A DNA stretch of 64,000 nucleotides from the NCBI GenBank assembly GCA_002633005.1, contig NMRA01000050.1:575353-639352 (forward strand), read 5' to 3'. The stretch is from Phoronis australis (Eukaryota > Animalia > Phoronida). Under the pieces are notes generated by a model, which made no database searches, was not told the origin of the DNA, and worked only from the letters and a program-made list of their open reading frames with translations. This document shows, one piece after another, positions 1 through 12,593 of the stretch. Positions within the stretch are counted from its first letter, which is position 1, and each line of letters begins with the position of its first letter. Made by a program: the position numbers and the translations under genes.

Positions 1-280
1 ATCCAACCAAAAACAGGAACATGCCATATTTCATAAAAATCTGTCAAGGAACTTCAGAGAAACAAAGGACGACAGAATAAAATAAGTAAGAAAGTTCAAA
101 CAAATTTCTAAACGGACCCATCCTCAGCAGCAAATTTCACATACAAATTCCATCATACAGAGACAAACCTCAACACAGTAAGACTGACTAAGTCAATGCA
201 GTGCTCACATGTGGGAAACCCCTACCAAATGTGTTATTTATAAACATTTATAAGTTTTAATGTCACAACTTCAAAGAGTA

Positions 281-286
281 TTTATT
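281..286 (-). promoter_or_regulatory. Possible polyadenylation signal of the kelch-like gene
   Basis: AATAAA on the minus strand about 465 nt after the stop codon. The AT-rich context makes a chance match plausible. Confidence 0.3.
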
Positions 287-748
287 AGATTTTAACTTAA
301 ATGTTCGTTATCAAAGCTTAATACAAATTACAATTGCTAAGCTTAAACTAAAGTTATCAACAATAAAAGACTGGGTTTACTTTACATTATGCAAGCGTAG
401 TTTTACAAAAGTTGCGTCATGTGGTTGAAAGTTTTAGACACATAGTTTTTCAGCAAAATGCTCATTTTTATGGTTCAAGTGAGAAAACAAATCCTACACT
501 CGTATGCCTCAGGATTTTGACGAAATTTCCAAGAGGTTTTGTCCATGTCATAAACCTGAGACTCGTGCAGAATTCTCTATCTCTGGGTGTGTGCACGTGT
601 GTGTTAGTGTGTGGAAACCAGTACATAGTTTTACCTTTAAATTAACTATTTTTGGTGTCAATTAGTCTGTTATAATTAATGCTTACTGCAGCTGGACAGA
701 CATTGTTCCTTTCAAGAACAATTCTGTAACCACTAGCTGAGTCAAAAG

Positions 749-1230
749 CTAACGATAACCAGGATAAACAGGTAAACACACCGCTGAGCATGACAACACA
801 TCAAACCTGACATCTTTCACCTCGTAGGTTTCCTGCACCATACTGTACTTTGCAACATTTCTGATCATGTCGTCACCAGGAAAGTTGTCATGGAGACATA
901 AATAAACATCATCACTATGCATGCATACAGGACCACATTTGAGATCTGTATCACGGGTACCTGTGTTAACTTCCTCCACAAGTTGTTGCTTCATGTTGAA
1001 TGCGTACAGTTTACTACTGAACATTCCTACCAGATATATGACATCTGTGTGAGGCATTGCACATGTGATTCCTATCTCAAACGGCATTGGAATGTTGATG
1101 AACGTCCAGTCTTCGCTGCTCAAATTGTAACACTGGATCTCGTGCTTGATAACAAATAGATGGTCATTGCAGAATGTCGCGGCAGCTGAGTAGGTGGGTG
1201 TTGGTAATGGTTTCAGCGTACTCCACTCAC
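749..1230 (-). CDS. Kelch-like protein, last coding exon
   Basis: Acceptor tgtttacag, (G)EWSTLKPLPTPTYSAAATFCNDHLFVI...IQCYNLSSEDW...DVIYLVG (degenerate kelch repeats), stop at 749-751, phase 1. Confidence 0.9.
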
Positions 1231-3133
1231 CTGTAAACAACAACAGGTGAACTGTGCTTGCTTCCAATCGAGTATCAGCAGAACCAAATTTCATCGTAAT
1301 CCATTAAACTATTCCTATATAATCAATGGGCCACACAATTTTTCACTGGTGCATGTGAATGGCTTAAAGACAGGGACATGGACCAAAGACAACCATTTAT
1401 GGAATATGTCACTTTTTTTCTTACAGTCAATTCATAAATTGCCCGAAAAAAAACAAACTGACAGAACATTCGAACCATGTTAAAATATGTCTGGTTTATG
1501 AAGCACGCTTTCAAGTGTTCCTACTTTTCCTACTTTTTCGGCCAGTTCCTACTTTTCCTACTTCTTTTCTGAAATTCCTAATATTTTCTTTTTCCTATTT
1601 TTTTCTCATTGCTCTGAAATTTCTGTCTAAGTTACATTTCTGGAGTAGTGAGTAGTCGTTTTAGATTATCAGGAGCACAACACAAAGGACTTCCTCCAGA
1701 TGGGAAAATGCCTGGGGTTATTAATTAAGATGCCTAATAACTAATGAACTTCTAAGTGAAAAAACATCTTTTTCTGAAAGATAAAAAAATAGTAACTCTG
1801 GACACCATATCCACAACTTGATGCCATTTTTCCTGGTGTTTGCAGATAAGACGGGGGTGTTTGGACCCTAACAGATAACAAGACTCCCAAAAATGAACTT
1901 GAACAAAAGAGGAAATACGACAATTTTGATTCATGTTTATGGATAAAACATTTGAAATGAACAAAAATACAACCGAAGACATAAAAAATCCTTGTGTTGT
2001 TAAGACAATTATCAATTAACGACCAATTAACGATTATTTAAACTTGTAAATGCAACAAAAAATTCTTTTCCCAAAAGATAGTTCAGCAGCCTTGGACGCA
2101 TTTTTCCTGGGGCTTGCAGATAAGACGGAGGTGTTTGGACCCTAAGGGACAATAAGAGCCTGTTGCAGGAGGGAAACTTGATATAGAAGGATCTGAACAG
2201 AAAAGAGACTCGGGCTTCTGACACCTACATTCTAGTGTTGTTCCTACACCATATCCATGGCCCTGGCATGCTGGTGTACCGCAAAAGGCAACAGGCCGCC
2301 TGCACTTATTTATACCCAGCTATTGACTTACAACCACGATGTGGATGGAGGTTGGCATGAGAGGACAAGGTGATCTGCGTAATCTAAATTTATCTAAGAT
2401 TGCTATTGCAATAGGTCAAGCTATGTGTGCGTGTGCTGCGCTCCTTAGCCTACACATGTTCAGAGGAAGCGGCTATACCTGTGCATTTGTAAGAACAGAC
2501 CATATGCAATTGTGGTTTAGTGGAGAATAGATGGCCCCTGCTCTCATTCCAGAGGTTGAAGTCGTAACACAGCCAGATGACAATGGTGGCAATGCTCAGA
2601 GACGATAGTATGGGCAGCGATGAAGACAAAGAGAAATGGAATCATCTGATAAGAGACTGACTGCGATCACGACTTAGATGTTTGCAGTTAAATTACAGCA
2701 CAGTGAATAATAATTATTGCCTTTTGTATTTCGGTTTTATCTTATGAAACAATAGACTGTGTCAAGCATCCCAATTCCATGAACTTACATTTGTTGCCAC
2801 TAGATATGCTTCAAGCAGTTTATTTAGTTACCCCAGGTGTATCTTAACTTAGGAATACATTTTTGTTATATTTTTTGTTTTTGAGAGTAAATTGGTCATA
2901 TCTTCATATGTATTTTTGTTCATTTGAAATAATACGTTTTATCTATAATGATAATCAAAATTGTTGTATTTCCTCTTTTATACAAGTTCATTTTTGGGGC
3001 CTTCTTATCCCTTGTTGGGGTCAAAACACCCGTCTTATTTGCAAACCCAAGGAAAAATTCTGTCTTAAGCTGTGGATAAGGTATCCAGAATCACTAATCT
3101 ATCTTTTAGAAAAAGAATTTTTGCTGCACTTAA

Positions 3134-4564
3134 AGGCAAAGGCAGTCTTTTTCATGTCATTTTTAGCAAAAATAAGGTTCGTTGGTTATCCCAGACATAT
3201 TTTTTACTTAATTACAGCTTTTCGTAATTTGATTAATTACTCATGCCCTACTCCGGAAGTGACGTTTTGGGAGGCAAGAATTTCGCGCCAATTTGGCTCT
3301 GTGTTGAGTTTAGTGTGAGGATCTGTACTACTTTTGTTTTCGGGCTGTTTTTCTAAAATTGTCGTCACCACTTTCCATCAACGAGTTTTTTTACAACAAA
3401 CTAGGTTGTTAGAGAACCCAATTATGTTGGATTAAGGGATTTTTTAGAGTTTGTATTAATCTGAAAATGACTGGAGTCGGCGACCCATATCACATTGACA
3501 GTAGTGATGTGAGTAATGGAGACTTTGTTCATATAGCATTGGTGACAAGGAATTTTTTCACTGACAGTCATTGGGTGGGTATACTTTGTATGTTTGAGCC
3601 AGAGTATAATGAGGCAGAGTATGCACAGGCACAACTGTCCCACTTGCCCCGGTGTCGCGCAACACACTCTCACTGGATGGTGACCTGAGCAGTCAAAATG
3701 CTTACATTCCACAGTGACTCCCTCGCCACACACCTGGCCCTTTCTAAATAGCTCCAATACTTTAGACAAGTCCACAACAAACTTATCAAAGTTTGGCTCA
3801 CCGATCTCGTTGGACGACGAACTGTCCTCTTCACTGGGTGTCGAACTGGGCCTGTATTCACTCCCACAACTCAACATCGCTGCAGGGCTGCTTACAAGCT
3901 CTGTGCTAGAGACAACAGCACAGGGCGAATCACTGCTACTCCAAGAATTGCACGGTCTGTACCTTCGGAGGCACGGATGACACTAGATGAAGTGCCTCCA
4001 GTCAATGTATTGGCCATAGATCGCGAGGCTTCTCGCTTCAAAAACGCACTTCAGGCGTTGTTTCGCAAGGACCTTTATCACTTCAGCGTACATATCCCTC
4101 TCGTAATCTGACGGCAGACAATGCTTACCACACACTCAGTAACCCTCCACTGCTTTGAATGTTGCATTGACGGGTAACGCTGCGTTCTTCACACGAGCGA
4201 GCCAAGTTCGGCGAAGTGTGTTATCCTTTGGAAAGCGATGCAAAGCCTGGTATTTCCAATAATGAGTACATCCCGGTACGCAGCAACAGTGTGGCATGTT
4301 GTCTGACTTTGTAAAAAAAAGGAAACGACGACCGAACTTATCACAACCGAGGTAGAACAATGACTGACTGGACAGCTTTCACAGTCAGACTATATGAAAA
4401 GAAATTGGTGTGAAATTCTTGCCTCTCAAAACATCACTTCCGGAGTAGAGCACGAGTAATTAATCAAATTACGAAAAGCTGTAATTAAGTGAAAAATATG
4501 TCTGGCATAACCAACGAACCTTATTTTTTTTTAAAAATGACATGAAAAAACGTTGCCTTCGCCT
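3134..4564 (-). mobile_element. Non-autonomous Kolobok-like DNA transposon
   Basis: ~165-bp TIRs (AGGCAAAGGCA... / ...TGCCTTCGCCT) with TTAA on both flanks (3130-3133 and 4565-4568). It carries internal THAP and transposase N-terminal remnants on the minus strand. Confidence 0.85.
3700..4298 (-). pseudogene. Decayed THAP and transposase N-terminus
   Basis: MPHCCCVPGC...HRFPKDNTLRRTWLARVKN...GY*VCGKH (THAP C2CH pattern with an in-frame stop), then KFVVDLSKVLELFRKGQVCG. Confidence 0.75.
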
Positions 4565-4654
4565 TTAAGCTTATCTCAAAATTTATTTGTAGAAATATTT
4601 TCTGAAAGAACAAATGTCAGAAGTATTAAAATGTTTTATATTGATGTACCGTAA

Positions 4655-4757
4655 TTAAGTCAAAATTTCATTTTTAAGAAAGGTACATTCATAGCAAACT
4701 AACCCCTAAGTCAATTTTTAAGAAACCTTTTTTAAATGAAAACTTCACCAATTACCT
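4655..4757 (+). repeat. Dispersed repeat, second copy at about 56814-56917
   Basis: TTAAGTCAAAATTTCATTTTTAAGAAAGGTACATTCATAGCAAA...TTACCTC is closely matched in a TTLL4 intron. Confidence 0.7.
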
Positions 4758-5845
4758 CAAAAACGCTGAGAGGAGTTTTTGATTTATAAGTCTTTTCATT
4801 TGGTTTCTATGACCAATCAACTCACAAAGGTAAGGTATTTTTTGTAGAAAAACGAAGTCGCATTTGTCATTACTACACTACGCAAAAACTAGGCCTTTAT
4901 ATCAAAAATCCTAAAAGCATTTTTGAGATCAATGAATAAGTTTGGAATGCACAGTGAAATCCACAAATCCGTTATTTGAGAACTTGTGTTCCTAAGTTCA
5001 AATTAAGTCGAATTGTCTTTGCTGATAAAAAGCCCATTATGAGAATGAAGACATTTTGCTAGACATATATGAAATATTGTAGAAATGGCCAATTTTTTAA
5101 ATAAGGATTGAGATCATATCTTTAAAAGTTTAAAAAAGTCGTTAACTGGCCGAAAATTAGTAAGTGTCTTAATCAGTAAGATAAGAATTTTTCATGTCAT
5201 AAATTGTATTATTTTTGTTCATTTGAAAAAATGTTATATCAGTAGTTGTAATTAAAAATTTAGTATTTTCTCTTTTATTAGTTCATTTTTCAGGGTCTTC
5301 TTATTCTTTGAAGTCCAAATACCCTGTCTTATCTGAATCCTCGGGAAAAATCGCATCTTAACTTGCCGATATGATGCCCAGAGTTACTAGGCTATCTTTT
5401 GGAAAAGAAGTTTTGTTGCAATTAAAAGTTGAATTCATTATTTGGCCGTTAATCAATAGGCGTCTTAATTAATTAACCCGAAGCATTTTCACATCTTAAG
5501 TTGCATAATTTTAATCTGAGCGATTTGAATGAAATAAACTTGAAATGATGTTGAACTCAAAATTTTAATTAAACGGATTTTAGGTCCCCTTTTGGATCCC
5601 ACAGGGACCAAAGCCAAGGATTGTGTAACTTAAGGTGCTCCTGTCCTTCAATGGTAGGTGATGTACATTAGAATTACAGTCGAACCTTTTACACTCAAAA
5701 GGGTGAACAAAGTCTTGCTGGCTCTCCAACTAATGGTAAGTACTGCCAGTGACATGAGGTGAATGTCATTACTAAGTATCGAAAACTACTCCTGAACGTC
5801 TGCTCTTGTTCCTACTTTCTCTTACTTTTCACCTCCCAGGTCCTA

Positions 5846-5941
5846 CTTTTTTTGAAAGTGTGTCCTACTTTTTGCCTAAAACTGCTCGAATGCCTTTTTT
5901 GAAAGTGTTTCCTACTTTTTGCCTAAAACTGCTCGAATGCC
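5846..5941 (+). repeat. ~49-bp direct tandem duplication within a CCTACTTTT-motif cluster
   Basis: TTTTTTGAAAGTGT-TCCTACTTTTTGCCTAAAACTGCTCGAATGCC occurs twice. Confidence 0.8.
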
Positions 5942-6036
5942 CGAGTTTGCCTGCTAATGATGTGCAAAACATGGTTACAACAGCATTTTAGCAAATCAGC
6001 CAGGTTCTTTGTAATGCAGTTTAACTTGGAACTTAC

Positions 6037-6267
6037 CACTTGAAACGTTGAACTGCTCCACGCTATCCAAGAGAACACGGTGACGACCAAATCCACCAAT
6101 CATAAAAAAGCTGGTATCGTGCACAGCCACACTATGATGGCGGCGGGGCTGAGTGAGGGAGCCGACTTCGGTCCACTTTTTGTCCAGTGTACAGCAGTGC
6201 CACACTTTGGTCATCCACTTACCCGAGCCAATCTTCAGTTCCCCACCAGTAACATAAAGATCTATGC
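6037..6267 (-). CDS. Kelch-like protein, coding exon 4 (kelch repeats)
   Basis: Acceptor tttctag, (G)IDLYVTGGELKIGSGKWMTKVW...WTEVGSLTQPRRHHSVAVHDTSFFMIGGFGRHRVLLDSVEQFN with two hydrophobic-GG kelch motifs, donor G|GTAAGT, phase 1/1. Confidence 0.92.
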
Positions 6268-6686
6268 CTAGAAATCAATTAGCAATCCATGAATGTTTGT
6301 AAACTATCACTCAATGCTGCCTTTGACCTCACTACCCTAGACAACTTTGTTCTTCTCAATCAAAAACCATTCATACAAGTGATAGCCTTCTGGTGAAGTT
6401 TCATCTACTTTGCCACGATTGCTATGTAACTTGATTTTTGTTTGGAGAGATGCTGCCTACTTTTAGCTGTTAATTGCTATAAATGTTCTTCAAGACATAC
6501 TTAAAGCACCATCTACAGAACGCTGGTATCATTTTGTACCGCAACAGTTAATTTTAAATAAGAATGGCATGGACAGGATGGTCAAAGCCAGAATAAACTA
6601 AGTCTAATTGATCAATTCAATAAAAATGTAATTTACGAGTGGATATCGACCCTGATTATTTTTTAAGCTTACAACTAAGAAACCTG

Positions 6687-7780
6687 GGCCCGGTCTCCAA
6701 TCTCCGTACTCAGACTCGAATCATGCTCAAACTCACACTTCATACTCAACTCGAGTACAGACTCAGCTTTGGTGTATTCAATGTCATACTCGAAAAATCT
6801 GTACTCGAAATTTCGAGCACGTACTCAGTTTTCGAGTGTACTCGAACTGAAGTGTATCTCATCCATATTTCGAGTACGATTTTGAGTAAAAATTCGGAGT
6901 CTATGCTCAAATTTCAAGTTTGGTATGGCAGTGTGCTTGAAATCGTACTCGAAAATAAATACGAGCNNNNNNNNNNNNNNNNNNNNNNNNNNNNNNNNNN
7001 NNNNNNNNNNNNNNNNNNNNNNNNNNNNNNNNNNNNNNNNNNNNNNNNNNNNNNNNNNNNNNNNNNNNNNNNNNNNNNNNNNNNNNNNNNNNNNNNNNNN
7101 NNNNNNNNNNNNNNNNNNNNNNNNNNNNNNNNNNNNNNNNNNNNNNNNNNNNNNNNNNNNNNNNNNNNNNNNNNNNNNNNNNNNNNNNNNNNNNNNNNNN
7201 NNNNNNNNNNNNNNNNNNNNNNNNNNNNNNNNNNNNNNNNNNNNNNNNNNNNNNNNNNNNNNNNNNNNNNNNNNNNNNNNNNNNNNNNNNNNNNNNNNNN
7301 NNNNNNNNNNNNNNNNNNNNNNNNNNNNNNNNNNNNNNNNNNNNNNNNNNNNNNNNNNNNNNNNNNNNNNNNNNNNNNNNNNNNNNNNNNNNNNNNNNNN
7401 NNNNNNNNNNNNNNNNNNNNNNNNNNNNNNNNNNNNNNNNNNNNNNNNNNNNNNNNNNNNNNNNNNNNNNNNNNNNNNNNNNNNNNNNNNNNNNNNNNNN
7501 NNNNNNNNNNNNNNNNNNNNNNNNNNNNNNNNNNNNNNNNNNNNNNNNNNNNNNNNNNNNNNNNNNNNNNCGCGGCTTTGCGTGATTTTGCATTTCACAT
7601 CATAAAGAGTTCCATAGCAACTCGAGTATGAGTGTCAGATTTGAGTACGTTTGGAGTCTACTCGAAATACGACATTAGATACGCTTTTTTGAGTACGACT
7701 CCAGTGAGCACGATTTTGAGTATGAAATCTCGAGTATGAGTATGAGTCTGAGTACGGAGATTGGAGACCGGGCCCGGGCC
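6687..7780. mobile_element. PIF/Harbinger-like non-autonomous element spanning the assembly gap
   Basis: Perfect ~31-bp TIR GGCCCGGTCTCCAATCTCCGTACTCAGACTC. CTG lies at 6684-6686 and at 7781-7783, after a 6-bp CGGGCC duplication. The interior is rich in TACTCG/GAGTA motifs. Confidence 0.8.
6967..7570. other. Assembly gap (604 N)
   Basis: Run of N. ORFs spanning it are artefacts. Confidence 1.
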
Positions 7781-10057
7781 CTGGTTTCCACTGTTAGTCA
7801 CAAACCATGTAAGTAGAGCATTATAATTTCGATAATTGCCATAGCCAACAAAACTTTCAAATAGGCTACTATTTGAGAATGACCCAGACTGAATTCTAGA
7901 CGTCTATACCGGGCAAGAAACTTGAGAAATAACATAATGATGTATTGTTGATTAAATGACATAGTTATCAGCCAAGAAAATATCCCACACTTCAGTGTCT
8001 GGGGTGATAAATATTGAACTGTTGTCGGCAAAACTGCTTGAACTCATAATATCAGCAACAGATTACAGGTTCAAAAATCTCAGTCGTCAACATGGTAAGC
8101 ACATAACGTAATTTCGCTGAGATAGACAGTCCCGAATATCCAGCTCACCTACTTCAGCTGGACAAAATTTCTGAGCAAACCACAAGTTGTCGTATGGCAG
8201 ATTGCATGAAATTTCACGCCCACATACAGTGAGAAATTAATTTTATATTTGCATCTTTGCTCTTTTGATAGGCAGCACCCAGTGTTCTCCACATCTGAAA
8301 ACCTAAACAGGTCGCACACATAAAAACTGCAACGTGCCGGAACTGCGCGGCGGTCAACGTTCTCCATAAGCTAGTGTGCACCTCATTTTTACCCACGCAT
8401 TTTAATGGTAATGCACAGTAGAGCAAACAAATAACTGTTTGTTCAACTTTTTATTTTTAAAAGATGGATTTATTTACAAACATATCACATAACCCATTTG
8501 TTTAGTCAATGACTTTGAAATGGAAATCTACAGACGTGTTTGAACCAGTATAGGGAAATACTTTACTCAATAATTGTGATGTCAATGTCAACTACGTACA
8601 AAAAGTCTAACACAGAAGTGAACTTTTTTCACAAAGTAGACAGTCCCAGTGAAGTGTCTGTGTAAAGCCAGTCAAATTTTTGTCTTGATAGCAGAGTCTA
8701 CGTTTTCCCTCAGTCTGTAAGTGTAATGTCTTGCACAGCATTCTTATAGTCTGAATTCGGTGTTCTGAAGCTGGTACATTAAATTTTTGAACAACCAAAA
8801 ACTGCACAATATGCGAGTCTTCTCTCATGCTCATGAATACAAAGTAGAGTAAACAAAACCATTTACGTGAGTTTCCCATCTACCTGGACAGGAGTGTTAA
8901 AGCCTGTTGATAACAACCAATATTTCTAAAAAGATATCAACCGGATTATCAAACGCTTGCAACTACGGAATTCCCATAATTTTCAGGATAGTCACAAACT
9001 CATTCTTCCAGATGAAAAACATCTCGACTCAAGTTAGAGTGAATTGTATTCATTTGTATTGCCGATGTCTGACATTGTCGGCAAAAATTCGGTTCATCAT
9101 TCGTGACATGGATATGTGCGATTCGTTGACCGAGCTCGGCAATATCACCACCATCCGGACCTGGATTCTGTCGTATCTGCATCTGAGTCAATATCAGTCT
9201 CTGAAACATCTCCTGGTTTTTAAAATAATCCTTAGGCTTAGCGGTCCTTCGACTTCCCGCGGCAGACGACATTTCTAAGTATGTAGAATGCGCATGTCAA
9301 TCGGTAACAGAAGCGTAAGGACCACGCTAGGTAAACAAGACTCTGGGAGATTACGCGAGATATTACCGTGTGATTTCAATGAGAGCACGTGATTTTGGCT
9401 ACAATTTCTCAGTGCGAGACATATATTTTGAACTTTACTCAGTGACGTCACCCACTGACCCAAGTCTTGGAATACTCCCCCGAAACCGCAAACGTACCAC
9501 ACAGCCACTATCGCAGTTGAATTTGCGAACGGCTTGGCAGAATTTTAGAGGGAGTATGCGCCACAGATATAATGTTCATGCTGCCAACGAAACTCCTTAC
9601 AAGGCAATGAGATGAACTCGGTCAATCTCAATGGGTGCCACCAAAAGTAACCAATAATATTCATCTAAGTGAGAAATACACAAACAACCAATGAGAACCA
9701 TCAAGAAAAGTTACATGCAAATGTTTGTTGAGACTGGTATCGGTAAAGTCTGTGACGTGAGGCCCACGAATTATTGAAAAATGTGCTACGAAAACCAAAA
9801 TTCTGGCCTCCCAAAAGACGGCCGTTGTATAAACTGCTACGCAACGGTGTCTTTGCTGACAACATAAACTTCGCAGAACTAACCACCGAGCCTTAATAAT
9901 TTTCAATGGGTAATATGATCAGTTGCTCGCCGAACACAAAAAGGCGACCAAAAAGCGAATATGCCTAACGTAACGATCCGCGACTTTCTTACCGGACTGT
10001 ACCTCCAGTGAGCACGTAGCGGATTAGGCCTATAGGTAGCACTGGGCCTTTGTTTTA

Positions 10058-11694
10058 AGGAGCATGCCACCCAAAAAACAACCTAATCTGAATCAATTAA
10101 GATCGAGTAGTTCTACTCCATATCGACACGTACAGTTGCGTTACCTGACACCTGACGGCAGACGGAGGTGTTCAAATTATCCAATGACGTCATCGGTTTC
10201 ACACGCAGTCTGTTCAGCAGTTCACAACACGGGTTACTGGTGTCAGCTTATCGCTTGAAGTCATCGTTTAACACCAATAAATCATCAAACTTCGATGTAA
10301 AACCCTTAAAAATACACCGAGTTCTCATAAAAACGTGTTGTTTTATTTGGCTCTTACGGATTTATTGGTATTTGGACACACCGTAGCCTACAAAGTTCAG
10401 CAGGCCAATAAGGTCCATAGCAGGAGTTTGGGGTCTGTTCGGAGATAATTTTGAAGTATTTTCCATGAGATACAGACATGAGAACCTAGATCTGTGTTGT
10501 TTAGACTTGTGATTTTTTGAGTTCTAAACACAAAACGCTTGTTATCCTGGCCAGTGGCTCGGAGCTCGATAGGCCCGTCGCGGCCGGCCGGATTGACTCG
10601 TTATCCCGAACTGATCAGACATCACGAACATAAACCAGTCAAAGTTCAGTGGAAACTAAACTTCCAGTCAAGAAAATACTATATTAGTGAGCCAAAGTAA
10701 TGTGCACGGGATTATGTTGGTGAATTACCACGAAACTGCAAATCTACTTACTCGTCGGGGGCCGCGAATTCAAGTTCCGCTTTGGCCACAGCACCGTCAG
10801 GGCAAAAGTTGTGCATTGACAATCATTATTTGAGTAATGTAAATGTAAATAAAGATTCCCCTCGCTGTGGGATGGAAATCGAGTTGTTTCACAACAGTTT
10901 CTGCCACTAAATTAGCTGAACTCACGCGGCCTCGGTGTCCCGTCAATTAGTTTTATTGCACCTAAAGCCGGTAACGATTTATTCATTGCTGGCTTCTCAA
11001 ATCATTTACACTCACGAACACTCCAAAGGCATTACAAATTGCATCTAATGAGACAGACTTTGTTTCAGTTTCAGTATTGGTTAGGAGAGAATAATTCATT
11101 TTGAAACAGAACGCTCAGTAATAAACGCCAACATGGCAACTCGCAATCCCGACTTAGGACGAGCTAGAGCTCATCAGTCCCGACTTCACTGGTGGATCGT
11201 TAAGTTTTACAGGCTATCAATTCGAACAGGAATACAGTGATGAAGAAATACTAGAGAGGCACTGTGAACAAGCTCAGACAACGGAACGTATGGAGTTATT
11301 TGGTAAGCCGGCATTCGTCAGGCACAGTCGACGTCTGCAGGCCACAGACACGGAGATGTTTCACGGCCTCATACTTGCTATTTACGGCGTACATTTCATT
11401 CTTCACTACCATGAGCCACTTCCTAAACATTTCGGACTCCCGCGAAAGTAAAATAAAAACGATATATCTGCTTTCCTCGCAGCTGCTTAGTTCGGACAAG
11501 CGGGAACGATGCACCGTAATATAGCCGCATTCACTCTGCATATGAACCATTGACGTCGCTAGCGTCGTTTCTCACCTTCCTCACAGGTTAACGCGACACC
11601 TCTTGGCAAGGTAAGGTCGACCGTATGCGAGGCAAGTGGATATAGACCGATTAAGACGGCAAAAAAGACTAATTAAATCGGGTGGCATTCTCCT
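10058..11694 (-). mobile_element. Non-autonomous Kolobok-like element, family C copy 1
   Basis: TIR AGGAGCATGCCACCC / GGGTGGCATTCTCCT with TTTA and TTAA flanks. THAP remnant FRKWLMVVKNE...HLRVC on minus. Collinear inverted copy at 16083-17720. Confidence 0.88.
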
Positions 11695-11845
11695 TTAAGT
11701 TCAATTGACTATGACTAGTTGTTCGAGATGAATAGAAAAGATAATTGAGAGATTATTTTCACGCCGCGTTACACCATAGACCGTATACTTTCAATGGACG
11801 AAATCTGTGCTGTTTCGCACAAGCCCTTACGTCTGGCGACACCTG

Positions 11846-11984
11846 GCGTACGTTCAATAACGGCTAGGACCTAGCTAAAATCTAGCTAAAGGCACCTGTT
11901 CTCACTTAAAATACATGGCAATATCTCGTGTAATCTCGCGAAATCTTGCTTTTTAGCGAGGTCCTAGCGTTACTGAACGGGAGG
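11846..11984. mobile_element. Harbinger-like MITE nested in the P-like element
   Basis: Inverted ends CGTTCAATAACGGCTAGGACC / GGTCCTAGCGTTACTGAACG with a probable CTG duplication. It is absent from the homologous copy at 32100 (CACCTGGCTC). A related sequence lies inverted at about 9310-9392. Confidence 0.7.
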
Positions 11985-12593
11985 CTGGCTAAATTATCTG
12001 GTGTCATTTCCGACAAGTACGTCGTCTGCTAATCATAGTCGGCTGCTATGTGGCCGGTAGTTCGGCCACACAGGTGAAATGCAAAGGCGTTAGCTTCCAT
12101 AGCGTACGGAGACCCCATAATCCGCTGTGGGAGAAAAACCTTTCAAAGGATAGCGATTCACAAACTCCTGTTCTTTAGAGGAACTTCAGCCATAGCCTAG
12201 TGCTCGAATTAACCAAATTAGTCATCTTCACTGGCCCTAATCTGGAGGTTACTATATCGTTTCGTTGGGTTTGGATCATCGACTTAGCCGATTTATAAAT
12301 CCGTGAACAAATAAATTGAATGCTAGTAAAACCTTTAACTTCAATAAAGATCACATTAATAGACCAGAAATAACTAATTTGCCTTTCCGAAATCTATCTC
12401 ACAATTCAACAGCAGATTATACACTCATTTCATGTCGAATATATGCCGTACAAAATCTCTCGACTGCAGTCAATGAAAATGCAACCAAATTCTTTGAAAA
12501 CATTGAACAGGAACACCAGAGGGATGTGACGGTTGTTTTTATTCTCCAATGTTAAATTTTTGTAAGTGGACGGTTTTTAAATTTCTACCTTAA

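Larger units (their letters stand above)
1698..5495. mobile_element. Foldback-like element with inverted arms built from ~280-bp subunits, interrupted by later insertions
   Basis: 1700-2150 is reverse-complement similar to 2890-3130 and to 5150-5495, e.g. AGATGGGAAAATGCCTGGGGTTATTAATTAAGATGCC versus GGCGTCTTAATTAATTAACCCGAAGCATTTTCACATCT. Confidence 0.55.

Noticed and set aside
6639-7631. Long ORFs of 226-330 aa
   Set aside because: They are open only because they cross the N gap.
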